Source: Verrucomicrobiota bacterium
GTDB taxonomy: Bacteria > Verrucomicrobiota > Verrucomicrobiia > Chthoniobacterales > JAFAMB01
Length of the DNA: 50,417 nucleotides
Direction of reading: 5' to 3'
Assembly: GCA_019246215.1 (NCBI GenBank)
Contig: JAFAQT010000033.1
Coordinates: 1 to 50,417 of the forward strand
Shown: positions 30,100 through 39,656 of the stretch, in pieces
How positions within the stretch are numbered: the stretch's first letter is position 1
Layout of the letters: every line of letters begins with the position of its first letter
Program-made: the position numbers and the translations under genes
The notes under the pieces: generated by a model
The model's database searches: none
What the model saw: only the letters and a program-made list of their open reading frames with translations
What the model was told of the DNA's origin: nothing

Positions 30100-31490
30100 G
30101 CGGCCGCTAACTCCGTCAACAAACGTTGGTGAATCCCCTCAAAACCGCCGTTGCTGAAAACTACGATGACATCGCCGGGTCTGGCTAGCGGCTTTACCCG
30201 ATGCAAAATGTCTTCCACGTAAGGTTCGTAAAAGGCGGGGACACCGCATGCTCGGATCGTTTGAACAACTCGCTCCGGATCCAAGCGATCGTCCGATGGC
30301 AACTGATCTACTCTGGCCACCCGTGCAAGGATGACGCCATCCGCAAGCTTCAGCGCTTCCGGAAGCGCTGTCTGAAAAATAGCGCGCCGTGTCGTGTTTG
30401 ATCGGGGCTCGAAGATGGCCCAGATTTTGTGTCCAGGATATCGATGTCTCAGCGCAAAAAGCGTTTCGCGGATCGCTGTGGGATGATGGGCGAAGTCATC
30501 GATCACCTTGATCCCCTTGACTTCGCCACGGAGTTCCTGGCGACGCGTTACCCCTGCGAATCGAGCCAGTGCGTTTTGAATTACCTCAATCGGCAACCGG
30601 TACGCCAACGCAACCGAAACTGCCATCGCCGCATTTCGAACGTTGAACTCCCCGATTAATGGCAATCGAAATGAATGGTCCCTCAGAACGAACTCTGCTC
30701 CGGCGCTGTCATAGTGCACCTCAGTGATCTGATGGGTGACCTCTTCCCTGAAACCTACAGTGAAAACCTGACTGAGCGACTTCGTTACGACCTCCGCGCA
30801 GTTTGGGTCATCCGCGTTGATGAAAATGTATCCTCGTCCTGGCACAATGTTCACCAGGCGTCGGAAGCTGAGCTTGATCTCCTCGAGATCCGCAAAAATA
30901 TCGGCGTGGTCAAATTCGATATTATTGATCACGACCGTTTCTGGGAGGTAGTGAAGGAATTTAGACCGTTTGTCAAAAAACGCGGTGTCGTATTCGTCGC
31001 CTTCGATAATGAAATAATTCGAATTCGTAAAAGCGGCGCCTTGCGCCAAGTCTCTAGCGATTCCGCCGATCAAAAAACCAGGGTCGCAGCCAGCTTCGCG
31101 AAAGATCCAGGCGATGAGCGAGGTTGTTGTTGTCTTTCCATGGGTCCCGGTGATCACGATATTGGTTTTGTCTTGCAGAAAAAATTCCTTGAGAGTCTCG
31201 GGAAGCGAGCGATACGGAAGCCTTTGATCCAGAACCGCTTCTAGTTCAGGATTTCCGCGACAAAGCGCATTTCCGACGATGACTAGGTCAACCTCCGCCG
31301 GGATATTTTCGGGCGTGAATCCATTTGAGATTTTAATTCCTTTTCCTTCTAGGAAGGTAGACATCGGCGGATACGCATTGTCGTCAGATCCCGTGACCAC
31401 GAAGTCCAGTTCGCGGAAAGCAGCAGCAACCGCACCCATGGCTGTTCCGCAGATTCCTAGAAAATGGATCCGATGAACCGGTTTTGGCAT
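30096..31490 (-). CDS. mpl: UDP-N-acetylmuramate:L-alanyl-gamma-D-glutamyl-meso-diaminopimelate ligase
   Basis: IHFLGICGTAMG, YPPMST, GTHGKTTT, EGDEYDTAFFDKRSKF, DDFAHHPTAI, EPRSNT, SNGGF. Confidence 0.93.
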   Translation of the reverse strand: MPKPVHRIHFLGICGTAMGAVAAAFRELDFVVTGSDDNAYPPMSTFLEGKGIKISNGFTPENIPAEVDLVIVGNALCRGNPELEAVLDQRLPYRSLPETLKEFFLQDKTNIVITGTHGKTTTTSLIAWIFREAGCDPGFLIGGIARDLAQGAAFTNSNYFIIEGDEYDTAFFDKRSKFLHYLPETVVINNIEFDHADIFADLEEIKLSFRRLVNIVPGRGYIFINADDPNCAEVVTKSLSQVFTVGFREEVTHQITEVHYDSAGAEFVLRDHSFRLPLIGEFNVRNAAMAVSVALAYRLPIEVIQNALARFAGVTRRQELRGEVKGIKVIDDFAHHPTAIRETLFALRHRYPGHKIWAIFEPRSNTTRRAIFQTALPEALKLADGVILARVARVDQLPSDDRLDPERVVQTIRACGVPAFYEPYVEDILHRVKPLARPGDVIVVFSNGGFEGIHQRLLTELAAA

Positions 31491-31734
31491 GAAAAATTAC
31501 TTGGCACGTTGGGTTGGCTTTCTTTCAAATACCAAGGTGACCGGTTTCGCAAGCGAATGGTGAAAATAGATTCCTAACCGTCGCCCTGGTCAGAGGAGAG
31601 GAAGGCGGAGCGATCGTTTCATTGATGATTCTTCGGTCGCCGAAATGCCGGCAGCATTTCCTCCTTCTGGCGGGAGAGCGAAGGCTCTACCCGAGGCTGC
31701 ATCACCGCTTAAAAGAGCTTCCCTGTATAGACGT

Positions 31735-31763
31735 TTGACGCCGGCGAGAACAGGATTTACGAT
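31735..31763 (+). promoter_or_regulatory. sigma70 promoter of tRNA-Arg
   Basis: TTGACG-17 nt-TACGAT, 10 nt upstream of the mature tRNA. Confidence 0.7.
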
Positions 31764-31773
31764 CCGGGCACTC

Positions 31774-31847
31774 GCGTCCGTAGCTCAACTGGATAGAGCG
31801 TCGGCCTCCGGAGCCGAAGGTTGTGGGTTCGAGCCCCGCCGGACGCA
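31774..31847 (+). tRNA. tRNA-Arg (anticodon CCG), CCA not encoded
   Basis: Acceptor GCGTCCG/CGGACGC, D-arm TAGCTCAACTGGATAGAGC, anticodon arm TCGGC-CTCCGGA-GCCGA, T-loop GGTTCGAG. Confidence 0.97.
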
Positions 31848-32007
31848 GTAAGTAGCCGAGAAATGACGACCGAAGGAAAAGCCGTAGGTATTCGCTCTAA
31901 CGCCGGCTGTTCACAACCAAGCTCTCACCTCTTTCCAATACTTCAGGAATCGGTGGCACAGGGAAAAGTCGATCCGCTGGTCTAAAATTGGTTCGGCTGA
32001 AATTTTA

Positions 32008-32598
32008 TCAATGGCTCGTTGTGACGGTGTCACTGACGTTCTTTCTCTGCCAACTGTTTGATTTCGAAAAGAGTATCCAGCCGGGAGATTTCTCACGTCG
32101 CAAACTTTGATGCCAAAGCGCGATCAACCGCGTTTTCACGTCAACATATCTGGGATGCAGCGATGAGCGAAGTCGTACATGGGGGTTCTTTGTTAGCACT
32201 CGTGCAGAACCTGAGCGCTGCGTCGGAGACCAGGAGATCGCGTTCGGCTGCATTTCGGGGGGATTTGTCTCAGGAGTCAAGTTGTGGTCGACGCTGGTCG
32301 CCTGGCTCGAAGTTATTTCCCCGGTGCTGCGTTCGTTCAAGCCCGCGGCGTCAGAGATCGCGACGGGGTTGGGCTTCGACAAGAGGTCGTTTGTTTTCTG
32401 GCCGCTCTCCTGTCTGAGACCGTCCGCCTGCGCGTGTCGCTCCTGGAGCGCAACCATCAGAGCCGCGAAGATCACGGAACCCAGAAGTCCAGCTGCAACC
32501 CAAGTCGTGTTGCGATTGAATTTTTTGATCACCTTTTTTATGCCAGTCGAAGGCACTGGCTGGTCTGGGATCTGTAACCGAGGTTCATGCGACGTCAT
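32008..32598 (-). CDS. Hypothetical single-pass membrane protein
   Basis: SD AAGGAG. One TM segment (WVAAGLLGSVIFAALMVAL), low-complexity linker, basic C-terminus. Confidence 0.65.
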   Translation of the reverse strand: MTSHEPRLQIPDQPVPSTGIKKVIKKFNRNTTWVAAGLLGSVIFAALMVALQERHAQADGLRQESGQKTNDLLSKPNPVAISDAAGLNERSTGEITSSQATSVDHNLTPETNPPEMQPNAISWSPTQRSGSARVLTKNPHVRLRSSLHPRYVDVKTRLIALWHQSLRREKSPGWILFSKSNSWQRKNVSDTVTTSH

Positions 32599-32770
32599 TG
32601 ACTCTCCTTAACCTTGCTTCAGTTTTATTGTCCAGATCATAATAGACGCCAAGCGGAACGCGCCGGTCACAATGAAATCACGGTTTTTCCGGCCAGGGAT
32701 CGGTTATTTTGTCATAACATGAAGCGCCGGTGGCCCAAATGCGTCTAAATCTTAAGGAATGTTTTGCATT

Positions 32771-33109
32771 ATGAGCGATCAATTCTTTTACGTCCAATTG
32801 AAGTTCACCCCAAAAATCGGGACTGAGAGCGCGCCAATGACAAAACAGCACGAAGCGGTTGTTGAAGTTCCGAAGTACCTCGTCCAGCGCAAGCAATCAG
32901 AAATCACAAAGGAGAATCCAAGAGAGAAGGTGATCGTTCTGGATCTCGCGAGAAGAGCTGCTCTCGGCGCATTCCCAACCGTTCCGGAACGCGTCGTGGG
33001 ACTCTATGATGAAGATCAACCGATCTGGTATGAGGACCGGCCTCACGTGATGAATGAACGCCCCTGCGACAATGAAGAAAACGGCACCAGGGCCTGGAGA
33101 ATCGTTTAG
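32771..33109 (+). CDS. Hypothetical protein
   Basis: 112-aa ORF with protein-like composition and no competing long ORF. Confidence 0.6.
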   Translation: MSDQFFYVQLKFTPKIGTESAPMTKQHEAVVEVPKYLVQRKQSEITKENPREKVIVLDLARRAALGAFPTVPERVVGLYDEDQPIWYEDRPHVMNERPCDNEENGTRAWRIV

Positions 33110-33443
33110 AAATCCCGCCTTCGAACGGAAGCCGCGCCCTTCCAGGATCTTAGAGTAGAGGATCCCGCCGCGTGGGCCTGAGCGAATTCGAGACGCGTCG
33201 TCCCACTCGCGAACTGCTTTACGGCGAGCCTCCGACGGCAGAGCTCTAGAGCCTATCTCAGACAGGTTCCGATCAAATTCAGGCTTCGGATCGAAATGTC
33301 ATAAACGTGAGTGTCGTCGAGTTGACACCCAATGAATGTTCCGACGGCATCGAAGCTGGTCGGGAAAGCGTTTCGGAGCGGATTTTGGCGGCACGATCAC
33401 TGTCTCGTCTTGATGCAGTGGGAGTTGTTTGTCTTTGTTTCTT

Positions 33444-33641
33444 TCAGATTCTTCGCTGTTCCGCAAGACGGCACCGGTATTGGTAATATTCCTCGGCGTC
33501 TTCTATCGACCTTGCGGAATAGCGGTTCTCTTCGTCTTTATCCCTCCAAACGACGGTGTAGCGATTTTCGGGATCAGGTTGCTCTAGATCTTCAATCTCG
33601 ATCAGAGCGTCGTTTATGCGGGCGCTCGTACAGATTTTCAT
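33444..33641 (-). CDS. Small acidic hypothetical protein
   Basis: 65 aa, ATG start, charged globular-like composition (RYTVVWRD...SIEDAEEYY). Confidence 0.55.
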   Translation of the reverse strand: MKICTSARINDALIEIEDLEQPDPENRYTVVWRDKDEENRYSARSIEDAEEYYQYRCRLAEQRRI

Positions 33642-33789
33642 CCCTTAATAATACGCCCTTATCGGCCATGTTCGCCAAAAAAAATGGTTCGATTGCTCAC
33701 GAGTCTGGGTCGTCGTTGCATCGGAAATTCGCACGGTCGACGGCTCGAAGGAAGTTGCGCCAGGTTCATCTTGGTGGAGGTTTGTCCGC

Positions 33790-34007
33790 ATGAAAAAAGT
33801 TCTTCTGGCTCTGGCGGCAGTTTTGGGGTTCTCTGTTGCACAACCGGCCCACGCCGGAATCGGTTTCGGAATCCCGCTGCCTTTCCCATTCCTTGTTTGG
33901 ACTTTTCAAGCCATTGCGGCCAAGGATACCACGGCAATTGCAGTCCGCGGAATCAGGGTGCTACTACCGAAACTCCAAAGTCACGGGGAAGCATCCAGCG
34001 GCCGTAG
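33790..34007 (+). pseudogene. Small exported protein, possibly frameshifted
   Basis: SD GGAGG and signal peptide MKKVLLALAAVLGFSVAQPAHA-GIGFGIPLPFPF. The in-frame reading runs 94 nt into the convergent acylase. A shift near the T run at ~33903 gives SSHCGQGYHGNC...P*, ending at 34007. Confidence 0.4.
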
Positions 34008-36437
34008 CAGAATCTTGTGGGCCGCGATGCCCGGGAGAAACGGCGTTGGGGTGTTCTTCACCCATGCCTCATGACAGTCCCGGTAGTGCGGCGACAGTGG
34101 ATGCCCACTCTCCCCGCATGCCATGATCAGATACCCTTCCTTTTCCCGGCCGGGAGAGACGGCCATTCGAAGTGAAGATCCGAAGGCGGGAGCCTGAATT
34201 CTCGGCATGTCGAATCGGTCGCCGGGCAGTCGATCCACAGGCATGTTAAGCCACGGGCCTAGCCAGGGAAGTGCGGCACCCATCGGATGTTGAATGCGCG
34301 TCGCATTCTTTTCGCCAACCGTGTAGCGGGAGTAATCATCCCCTCGGTCTTTCATTTTCTGAATCACAGAATCTACAGCAGACAAAAACAAGGCATTCCA
34401 GGTATCGTAGCGGCGGTTGAGAAGATTTACCGGCTGCGAGTTTACCATCCTCCAAAGTGGGTCCTCGAACTTGAGAGAATCGTAGGAAAAATCGGGGTAT
34501 ATGTTCTTGGCAGAATCAGAGATAGGCTCAAACGCCCGGCGGGCAACCTCTTCGCGGTATTCCCGGACCAATCGATAGGCGACTGACCTCGCGTCGGCGC
34601 GGCCCGACCAGTCCCCCAGCCGACGTTGGAATTCGCCTCTCTCACGATTCGACACTGCTCCAGGCTTCGATAATGTCGAGAGCAACTGGCTATGCCACCG
34701 TTCGAGAAAGACAGCGCGGTCGTCGAGTTGGATATCGAGCATGTCTTTTTCTTTGGCAGAGCGTAACTGTCGCAAATCGTCGCGAATCTGGCGCGCTCTC
34801 GCCCCCCGGTCGTACCCGCCATCGCCAAGCTTAGCCAATTCACTTCCCCCAACCATTCGATTGTTGGCGTTCCAAATAAAGTCCATGTTGGTCCCACAGC
34901 ACTCAGGATATTGGTCCGAAGCGTACCAGCCGTCCCAGTGATGGGACCCGTCGGACCAGGAAACGGGTAATCGTCCATCGAAGCCGATGCGGTGCGGAAT
35001 AGGACCCATAATGGTCCACCCGATCTTTCCTGAGTTATCGGCAACGAAGAAGTTTAGGTCAGGGACACCTGAAATCTTGGCAATCGCCAAAGCCTCCTGC
35101 GCTGTTCTCGCGGTTTCAAGCTGTAGTCGATTCAAATTAATAGTGCCGCTTTGATCGATCACCTGATGGAGCGCCTGCAGAGTCCCGTCTGGCATTCTCC
35201 CGATAATTGGCCCCCAAACGGTGGTTCGGAATTTGAATATTGCCGAGTCCCGGCCTCTGATCCGGATCGACTCCGAACAATCTTCGAACGATCTCCACCC
35301 TTGGGGGGTTCGGTATAAGTTGGGATCGTTGTCTTTCGTCTCAACCAGGACAACGTCGTCGGCATCGACATATGGAAAGGTTAACCCCCACGTGACATGG
35401 CCATTGCTGCCAATGACAACCGGCGGGGTCCCAGGAATGCTAACCCCGCAAACGTAGTTTGTAGGTCCAGAGGCTGACAACGACCACGAATACGCGATCC
35501 GGTACCAGATGTTCGGCACCCGCAGGTTCATGTGAGGATCATTCGCTAAGATCGGAATTCCGCTGTGCGTTCGGGGAGCGGCTACAACCCAGCAGTTACT
35601 CCCGCTCTCAGGTCCAGAATCCACAAGCCTTCGCCCCGATAAATCCGGCATGACAAGATTAAATTGCTGAGCCGTCCCAGGCGATACCTGGGTCCTCGCT
35701 GTTCGGAGATCGAAATCATTTCCATTCGGGATGGGTGGCTGGGAGCTAGATTCACTCCCATCGAGCGGTGTGTCCCAGGAAGAGAAGCTGGGAGCGAAAA
35801 ATTCAAAGGCCGTTTCCGGCAAAGTCCTCTTCAGCGCGTCCAAGGCAAGCTCAACGTGTCCTGGTCTCTCCTGCAAATCCAGCGCCATCGCGTAGACCAC
35901 CAGAATGCAGTCCTGCGGCGTCCACCTCCTGGGTTCAACGCCGAGTAAATAATACTCAAAAGGTTTTGCTTTGAGCTGGCGTAAGCCCAAATTTGCTCCA
36001 TCTGCATAGGCTTGGAGAAGTTCCTTTTCGTCTTTATGGAACGCGTCAAATTCATCATTGGCTCGAGCCAGGAAACGGTGAACGCGTGCTTCACGGTCGG
36101 CCTGAAGAGTCGCTGGTCCGAAAAGTTCGGAGAGCTCTCCCGCAGCGCGGCGACGCAAGGTATCCATCTGAAAAAAACGATCCTGTGCGTGAACAAACCC
36201 GGTCGCGTAAGCGATGTCTTTGCGATTTTGTCCGCGAATTGTGGGTATGCCCAGAGTATCACGTTCCACTTCCACGGGACGTTCGAGTCCCGCAGCCTCA
36301 AGATTGCCATCCAGAGTGGGCAGGCTTGCGGAGAGCGTACTCCAAGCCAAGCCTAGGACAGCAGTCAAAAAGAGCAACGAAAGCAACACTCCAAAGATAA
36401 CGTTTCTGCGCACGCCTTGCTCGTTTCCTCTTCCCAT
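33981..36437 (-). CDS. Penicillin acylase family (peptidase S45, Ntn-hydrolase; AHL-acylase-like)
   Basis: N-terminal anchor, RDxxGIP, GFVHAQDRFFQMD, GSNCW (Ser nucleophile), LANDPH, ANN, GESGHPLSPHY. Confidence 0.93.
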   Translation of the reverse strand: MGRGNEQGVRRNVIFGVLLSLLFLTAVLGLAWSTLSASLPTLDGNLEAAGLERPVEVERDTLGIPTIRGQNRKDIAYATGFVHAQDRFFQMDTLRRRAAGELSELFGPATLQADREARVHRFLARANDEFDAFHKDEKELLQAYADGANLGLRQLKAKPFEYYLLGVEPRRWTPQDCILVVYAMALDLQERPGHVELALDALKRTLPETAFEFFAPSFSSWDTPLDGSESSSQPPIPNGNDFDLRTARTQVSPGTAQQFNLVMPDLSGRRLVDSGPESGSNCWVVAAPRTHSGIPILANDPHMNLRVPNIWYRIAYSWSLSASGPTNYVCGVSIPGTPPVVIGSNGHVTWGLTFPYVDADDVVLVETKDNDPNLYRTPQGWRSFEDCSESIRIRGRDSAIFKFRTTVWGPIIGRMPDGTLQALHQVIDQSGTINLNRLQLETARTAQEALAIAKISGVPDLNFFVADNSGKIGWTIMGPIPHRIGFDGRLPVSWSDGSHHWDGWYASDQYPECCGTNMDFIWNANNRMVGGSELAKLGDGGYDRGARARQIRDDLRQLRSAKEKDMLDIQLDDRAVFLERWHSQLLSTLSKPGAVSNRERGEFQRRLGDWSGRADARSVAYRLVREYREEVARRAFEPISDSAKNIYPDFSYDSLKFEDPLWRMVNSQPVNLLNRRYDTWNALFLSAVDSVIQKMKDRGDDYSRYTVGEKNATRIQHPMGAALPWLGPWLNMPVDRLPGDRFDMPRIQAPAFGSSLRMAVSPGREKEGYLIMACGESGHPLSPHYRDCHEAWVKNTPTPFLPGIAAHKILLRPLDASP

Positions 36438-36686
36438 CCCTCAGGCGGTTTTTGCAAAGTCCGCACTGTTCCAGCTTCGATGGCGTGATACTAACGTGCA
36501 ACTAGGGCGCGAGTGCAAGATAACGATCGGCGAACAGCCTTTTTCGTGGGACTCTTGCTGAAACCCGACGCGAGATGGCGGTCCAGTTGTACCCTGCCAA
36601 TACCTGCCCTCCTTCTACATATAGTTCCATTGGAGAGGTTGGCACTGCTCTGCCTACATTGGTCCATCCTAATCTCGCATCAGACC

Positions 36687-37358
36687 ATGCTCATCAATTC
36701 CATCCTTGTTTCTCGCAAGCAATGCTGTCTAGCACCCGGCCACTGCGTGCTTACCTTCGATGACGGTCCGGCGGGGGAGGTAACCGACGACCTGCTAGCT
36801 ATCTTGCACGAGTTCGGCGTGAAAGCCTGCTTCTGTCTGGTCGGTTGCCAAGTAGCGATCCGGCCGGAACAGACCCGCGCGATTGCAAACGCCGGGCATT
36901 TGCTGGCAAACCACTCATTTCACCATCAGTTTGCCGATTTGTGGAACTTCGAAAGATTCAGGCTGGATCTTGCCCGGTGTGATCAAGCGATCTGCGAAGC
37001 GGTCGGTGAGCCGTGCCATCCTCTTCGTTGGTTTCGTCCGCCGTACGGGCTCGTGACCTCCGCTGTCCGAGAGATCGCCAGGACGAGACGAATCATACCT
37101 GTCACTCACTTTGTTATCGATCCCTGGTTCAGGTCCGAGCGGACGAAAAGACCTGCGAAATGGATTATTGAAGATGCAAAGTGTCGTGAGGGCGGGATCT
37201 ACGTCCTTCACGACGGACTTATGGTCAGCGAGACTTTGCGGACAGCCAGGGGTTCACCTCGTCGGTGCTGGATCCCGGATGTGGTAAAAGAGATATTGAG
37301 AGAGCTGACGGGGGCCGGTTTTCAATTTCCGGACCCCTGGCAGGTTTTTCAGGTCTGA
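36687..37358 (+). CDS. Polysaccharide deacetylase (CE4/NodB domain)
   Basis: LTFDDGP, NHSFHH, FRPPYG, VLHDG. Confidence 0.88.
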   Translation: MLINSILVSRKQCCLAPGHCVLTFDDGPAGEVTDDLLAILHEFGVKACFCLVGCQVAIRPEQTRAIANAGHLLANHSFHHQFADLWNFERFRLDLARCDQAICEAVGEPCHPLRWFRPPYGLVTSAVREIARTRRIIPVTHFVIDPWFRSERTKRPAKWIIEDAKCREGGIYVLHDGLMVSETLRTARGSPRRCWIPDVVKEILRELTGAGFQFPDPWQVFQV

Positions 37359-37552
37359 AAACAGTCGCGACGGACGTCTCTGCTGTGCACGATAAGCGTC
37401 GAATTCTGAACAACAACTGCAGCCGCTCGACACTCGTGCGTCAACAATTGTGACGCCGGGCAGCACACGACATCGACCGTGGGATTTTCGCAGGAACGCC
37501 GCTTCGGGCTGTGCGAGCGGGCTGTTCACGGGTCTGAAGGCGGCTTCAGCTG

Positions 37553-37628
37553 GTGTACCGTCTCGGACCGCCTTGAACACAGCCAACTGACCTGCGGCAA
37601 TCGCCATAATATACGCGAGACGGTACAC
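37553..37628. mobile_element. 76-bp MITE-like element
   Basis: Perfect 13-bp TIR GTGTACCGTCTCG / CGAGACGGTACAC, flanked by TG on both sides. The same end occurs at 12920. Confidence 0.6.
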
Positions 37629-37674
37629 TGAAACCTGACCGACGCCCGTGAATCTGGTCCAGGAGGCGCCCCCG

Positions 37675-37911
37675 TCATTTTGCCTCTTTGAGCAGAGGCA
37701 GGACTTTTCCTACGCTCGCTTGTACGGGTAGCTCGACAATGGCCCATCCGCTATGCTCAGTTTCACCTTCAGAATTCAGAACTTTGCCCAATTTATCGAG
37801 GGCAAAATCGGATATTTGGTGCGTGCCTTCCCAGCGTAAATTTATCCTTGCTGTCCCTTCCTGGGTGTTCTCGCGAATGCTAACAACCGCTGCTTCAACT
37901 TCGCCTTTCAT
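37675..37911 (-). CDS. Small hypothetical protein (beta-rich)
   Basis: SD GAAAGGA, ATG, 78 aa. Weakly similar to 38808-39056. Confidence 0.7.
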   Translation of the reverse strand: MKGEVEAAVVSIRENTQEGTARINLRWEGTHQISDFALDKLGKVLNSEGETEHSGWAIVELPVQASVGKVLPLLKEAK

Positions 37912-38405
37912 GCTGATTCCTTTCTTTCGGGCAAGAACACACGCGAAAATTCGTACGATCTCATAAGCTTATACGCATGAGCAAATTTGATGCGTGTGTA
38001 TGCCGTAGCATGACGTAACAAAGGAATAAAAGTTTATCAACTCTCCCTGGAGAATTGCCAAGCTTTGCCAGCAGCTCGTCCAGCCGCCACCGCTGTACGT
38101 CTCGCATATAGTGGGGGCTGTCGTTGCGTTCAAAATGGGCTGCCTTGAAAGACAGCAGCTGACCGGCTGGCACCCTCGCCGTTTATGCGAGCGCCACACT
38201 GGCGAAGATGGTGCTTCAGCCCGCCGGACCCAGAAACAATTTCCTCGGGAACCTGCGGAGGATTCGGACTTCCAATTAATTACGGCACACCCCTGAGATG
38301 TATCTAAAATTTCGAGCTTCCCAGTTCGCCGCTTGCTCACAGGGTGGACGACATGTTCCTGGATACGGCTTGACGCCGAGCACCTGTTCATATGAACATA
38401 CAGTT

Positions 38406-38768
38406 GTGTCGATCACTCCTCAAGCACTCCAACATCTCCTCGACGAGCTGGAAGCATCGAGATCCTCCCGAAAACGTGCCTGGGAAATCCTTCAAGAGAT
38501 CCGCTGGGTCCTCAAGGACATCGCGGGAATGGAGCTGCCGCCACCGGCTAGGAAAACAATTGACCTTGAAGGGAGATTGGTTAAAGACGCGGTTCGCAAG
38601 ACGCTCAAGGATCGCCACAACGCCCTCGCTGATCTTGTGAACGTCATTCGCAAATATCGGAAGTTCTCGGAGCAACCATTAACGCTTCGAGGCTCCGATT
38701 ACGCTCATGCCGCCCAGGAACTGAACCAGGCAATCGATCGCGCAGAAGAGTTGTTGCAATCGCTTTGA
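38406..38768 (+). CDS. Hypothetical alpha-helical protein
   Basis: Probable GTG start at 38406, 120 aa, amphipathic helix pattern (LQHLLDELE, LNQAIDRAEELL). Confidence 0.65.
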   Translation: MSITPQALQHLLDELEASRSSRKRAWEILQEIRWVLKDIAGMELPPPARKTIDLEGRLVKDAVRKTLKDRHNALADLVNVIRKYRKFSEQPLTLRGSDYAHAAQELNQAIDRAEELLQSL

Positions 38769-38807
38769 GATCGCTCTGCGCCCGTCGACTCCTGAAAACG
38801 AGGCTGG

Positions 38808-39056
38808 TTACTCCTGCACTACCACAGGAACTTTGTCTCCTGGTTTCAACTTTGGAAGACCACGCGTGGTCACCACGACATTTCCCCATTCGCCAGAGGG
38901 TGGAAATCCGCCTATCTGATGCGGTTGATCGACGAGTTCGTTCAAATCCAGCCGGAATTTTTCGAGGGTCACTGGAACAATGATTTCGATGTCGATCCGG
39001 TAGTTATTTCCGGTCTCTTTCTCGACGTTTGTCGCTATTGCGAAGGGAGTATCCAT
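38808..39056 (-). CDS. Small hypothetical protein (beta-rich)
   Basis: ATG with purine-rich upstream sequence, 82 aa. Weakly similar to 37675-37911. Confidence 0.65.
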   Translation of the reverse strand: MDTPFAIATNVEKETGNNYRIDIEIIVPVTLEKFRLDLNELVDQPHQIGGFPPSGEWGNVVVTTRGLPKLKPGDKVPVVVQE

Positions 39057-39214
39057 ATATCTTTTCTGATTTGCGAAACAGACGCCGCAGATTTAGCGGT
39101 CTAATTCTTGGCTTGGGCTCTTGGGGTTAATCGATCATCCGCACTCTCCAATGAGTATCAATGCGAATCAGGATCAGCGCTACGGCTGAAAATAGAAATT
39201 TTTCCCACAGAGTG

Positions 39215-39619
39215 TCACGTCTCGGGCTGACGGGCGACAACAGGCAAGGAGCTTTTGGTCCCCCTTGGAATCTCTCTTCCGAGAAAATAGACCCACGTTT
39301 GAATCGTCGGATGCAGAAGAGTTACCTGTTTTCTGTAGAAAAGAGCACGGTAGCCAAGCGAGGGGCGACAGGCTTCATATCGGTCAAGGGTTGACCATAC
39401 GGTTTCGCTGAGAACGCGATAAACCTCGACTCTTACTAGCCCCGGGTATTCGAGAACTCCTGGATACCCATTTTGGATGAGCAAAAGGCCTTTCAACACA
39501 CCGTATCCATGAAACCGAAGACTTCGTTGCACCAAAAAACCTTGTTTCGCGAGGGTGCGGCGGCGCAGGGAACCGTAAACAGCCAAGAAAGTTGTGTTCT
39601 CGGATAGCGTGGGAGCCAC
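39215..39619 (-). CDS. Gamma-glutamylcyclotransferase (AIG2-like) family protein
   Basis: AVYGSLR, GYPGV, VEVYRV, LDRYE (catalytic Glu position), FYRKQV, WVYF. Start uncertain. Confidence 0.8.
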   Translation of the reverse strand: MAPTLSENTTFLAVYGSLRRRTLAKQGFLVQRSLRFHGYGVLKGLLLIQNGYPGVLEYPGLVRVEVYRVLSETVWSTLDRYEACRPSLGYRALFYRKQVTLLHPTIQTWVYFLGREIPRGTKSSLPVVARQPET

Positions 39620-39656
39620 CGTTGAACGTAGTGCCACAAATCCAATGATGCTGCGC

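Noticed and set aside
31820-31847. attR-type duplication of the tRNA-Arg 3' end
   Set aside because: No second copy found in the window by eye.
33244-33270. CTAGAGCCTATCTCA, resembling an IS end
   Set aside because: No partner inverted repeat or transposase nearby.
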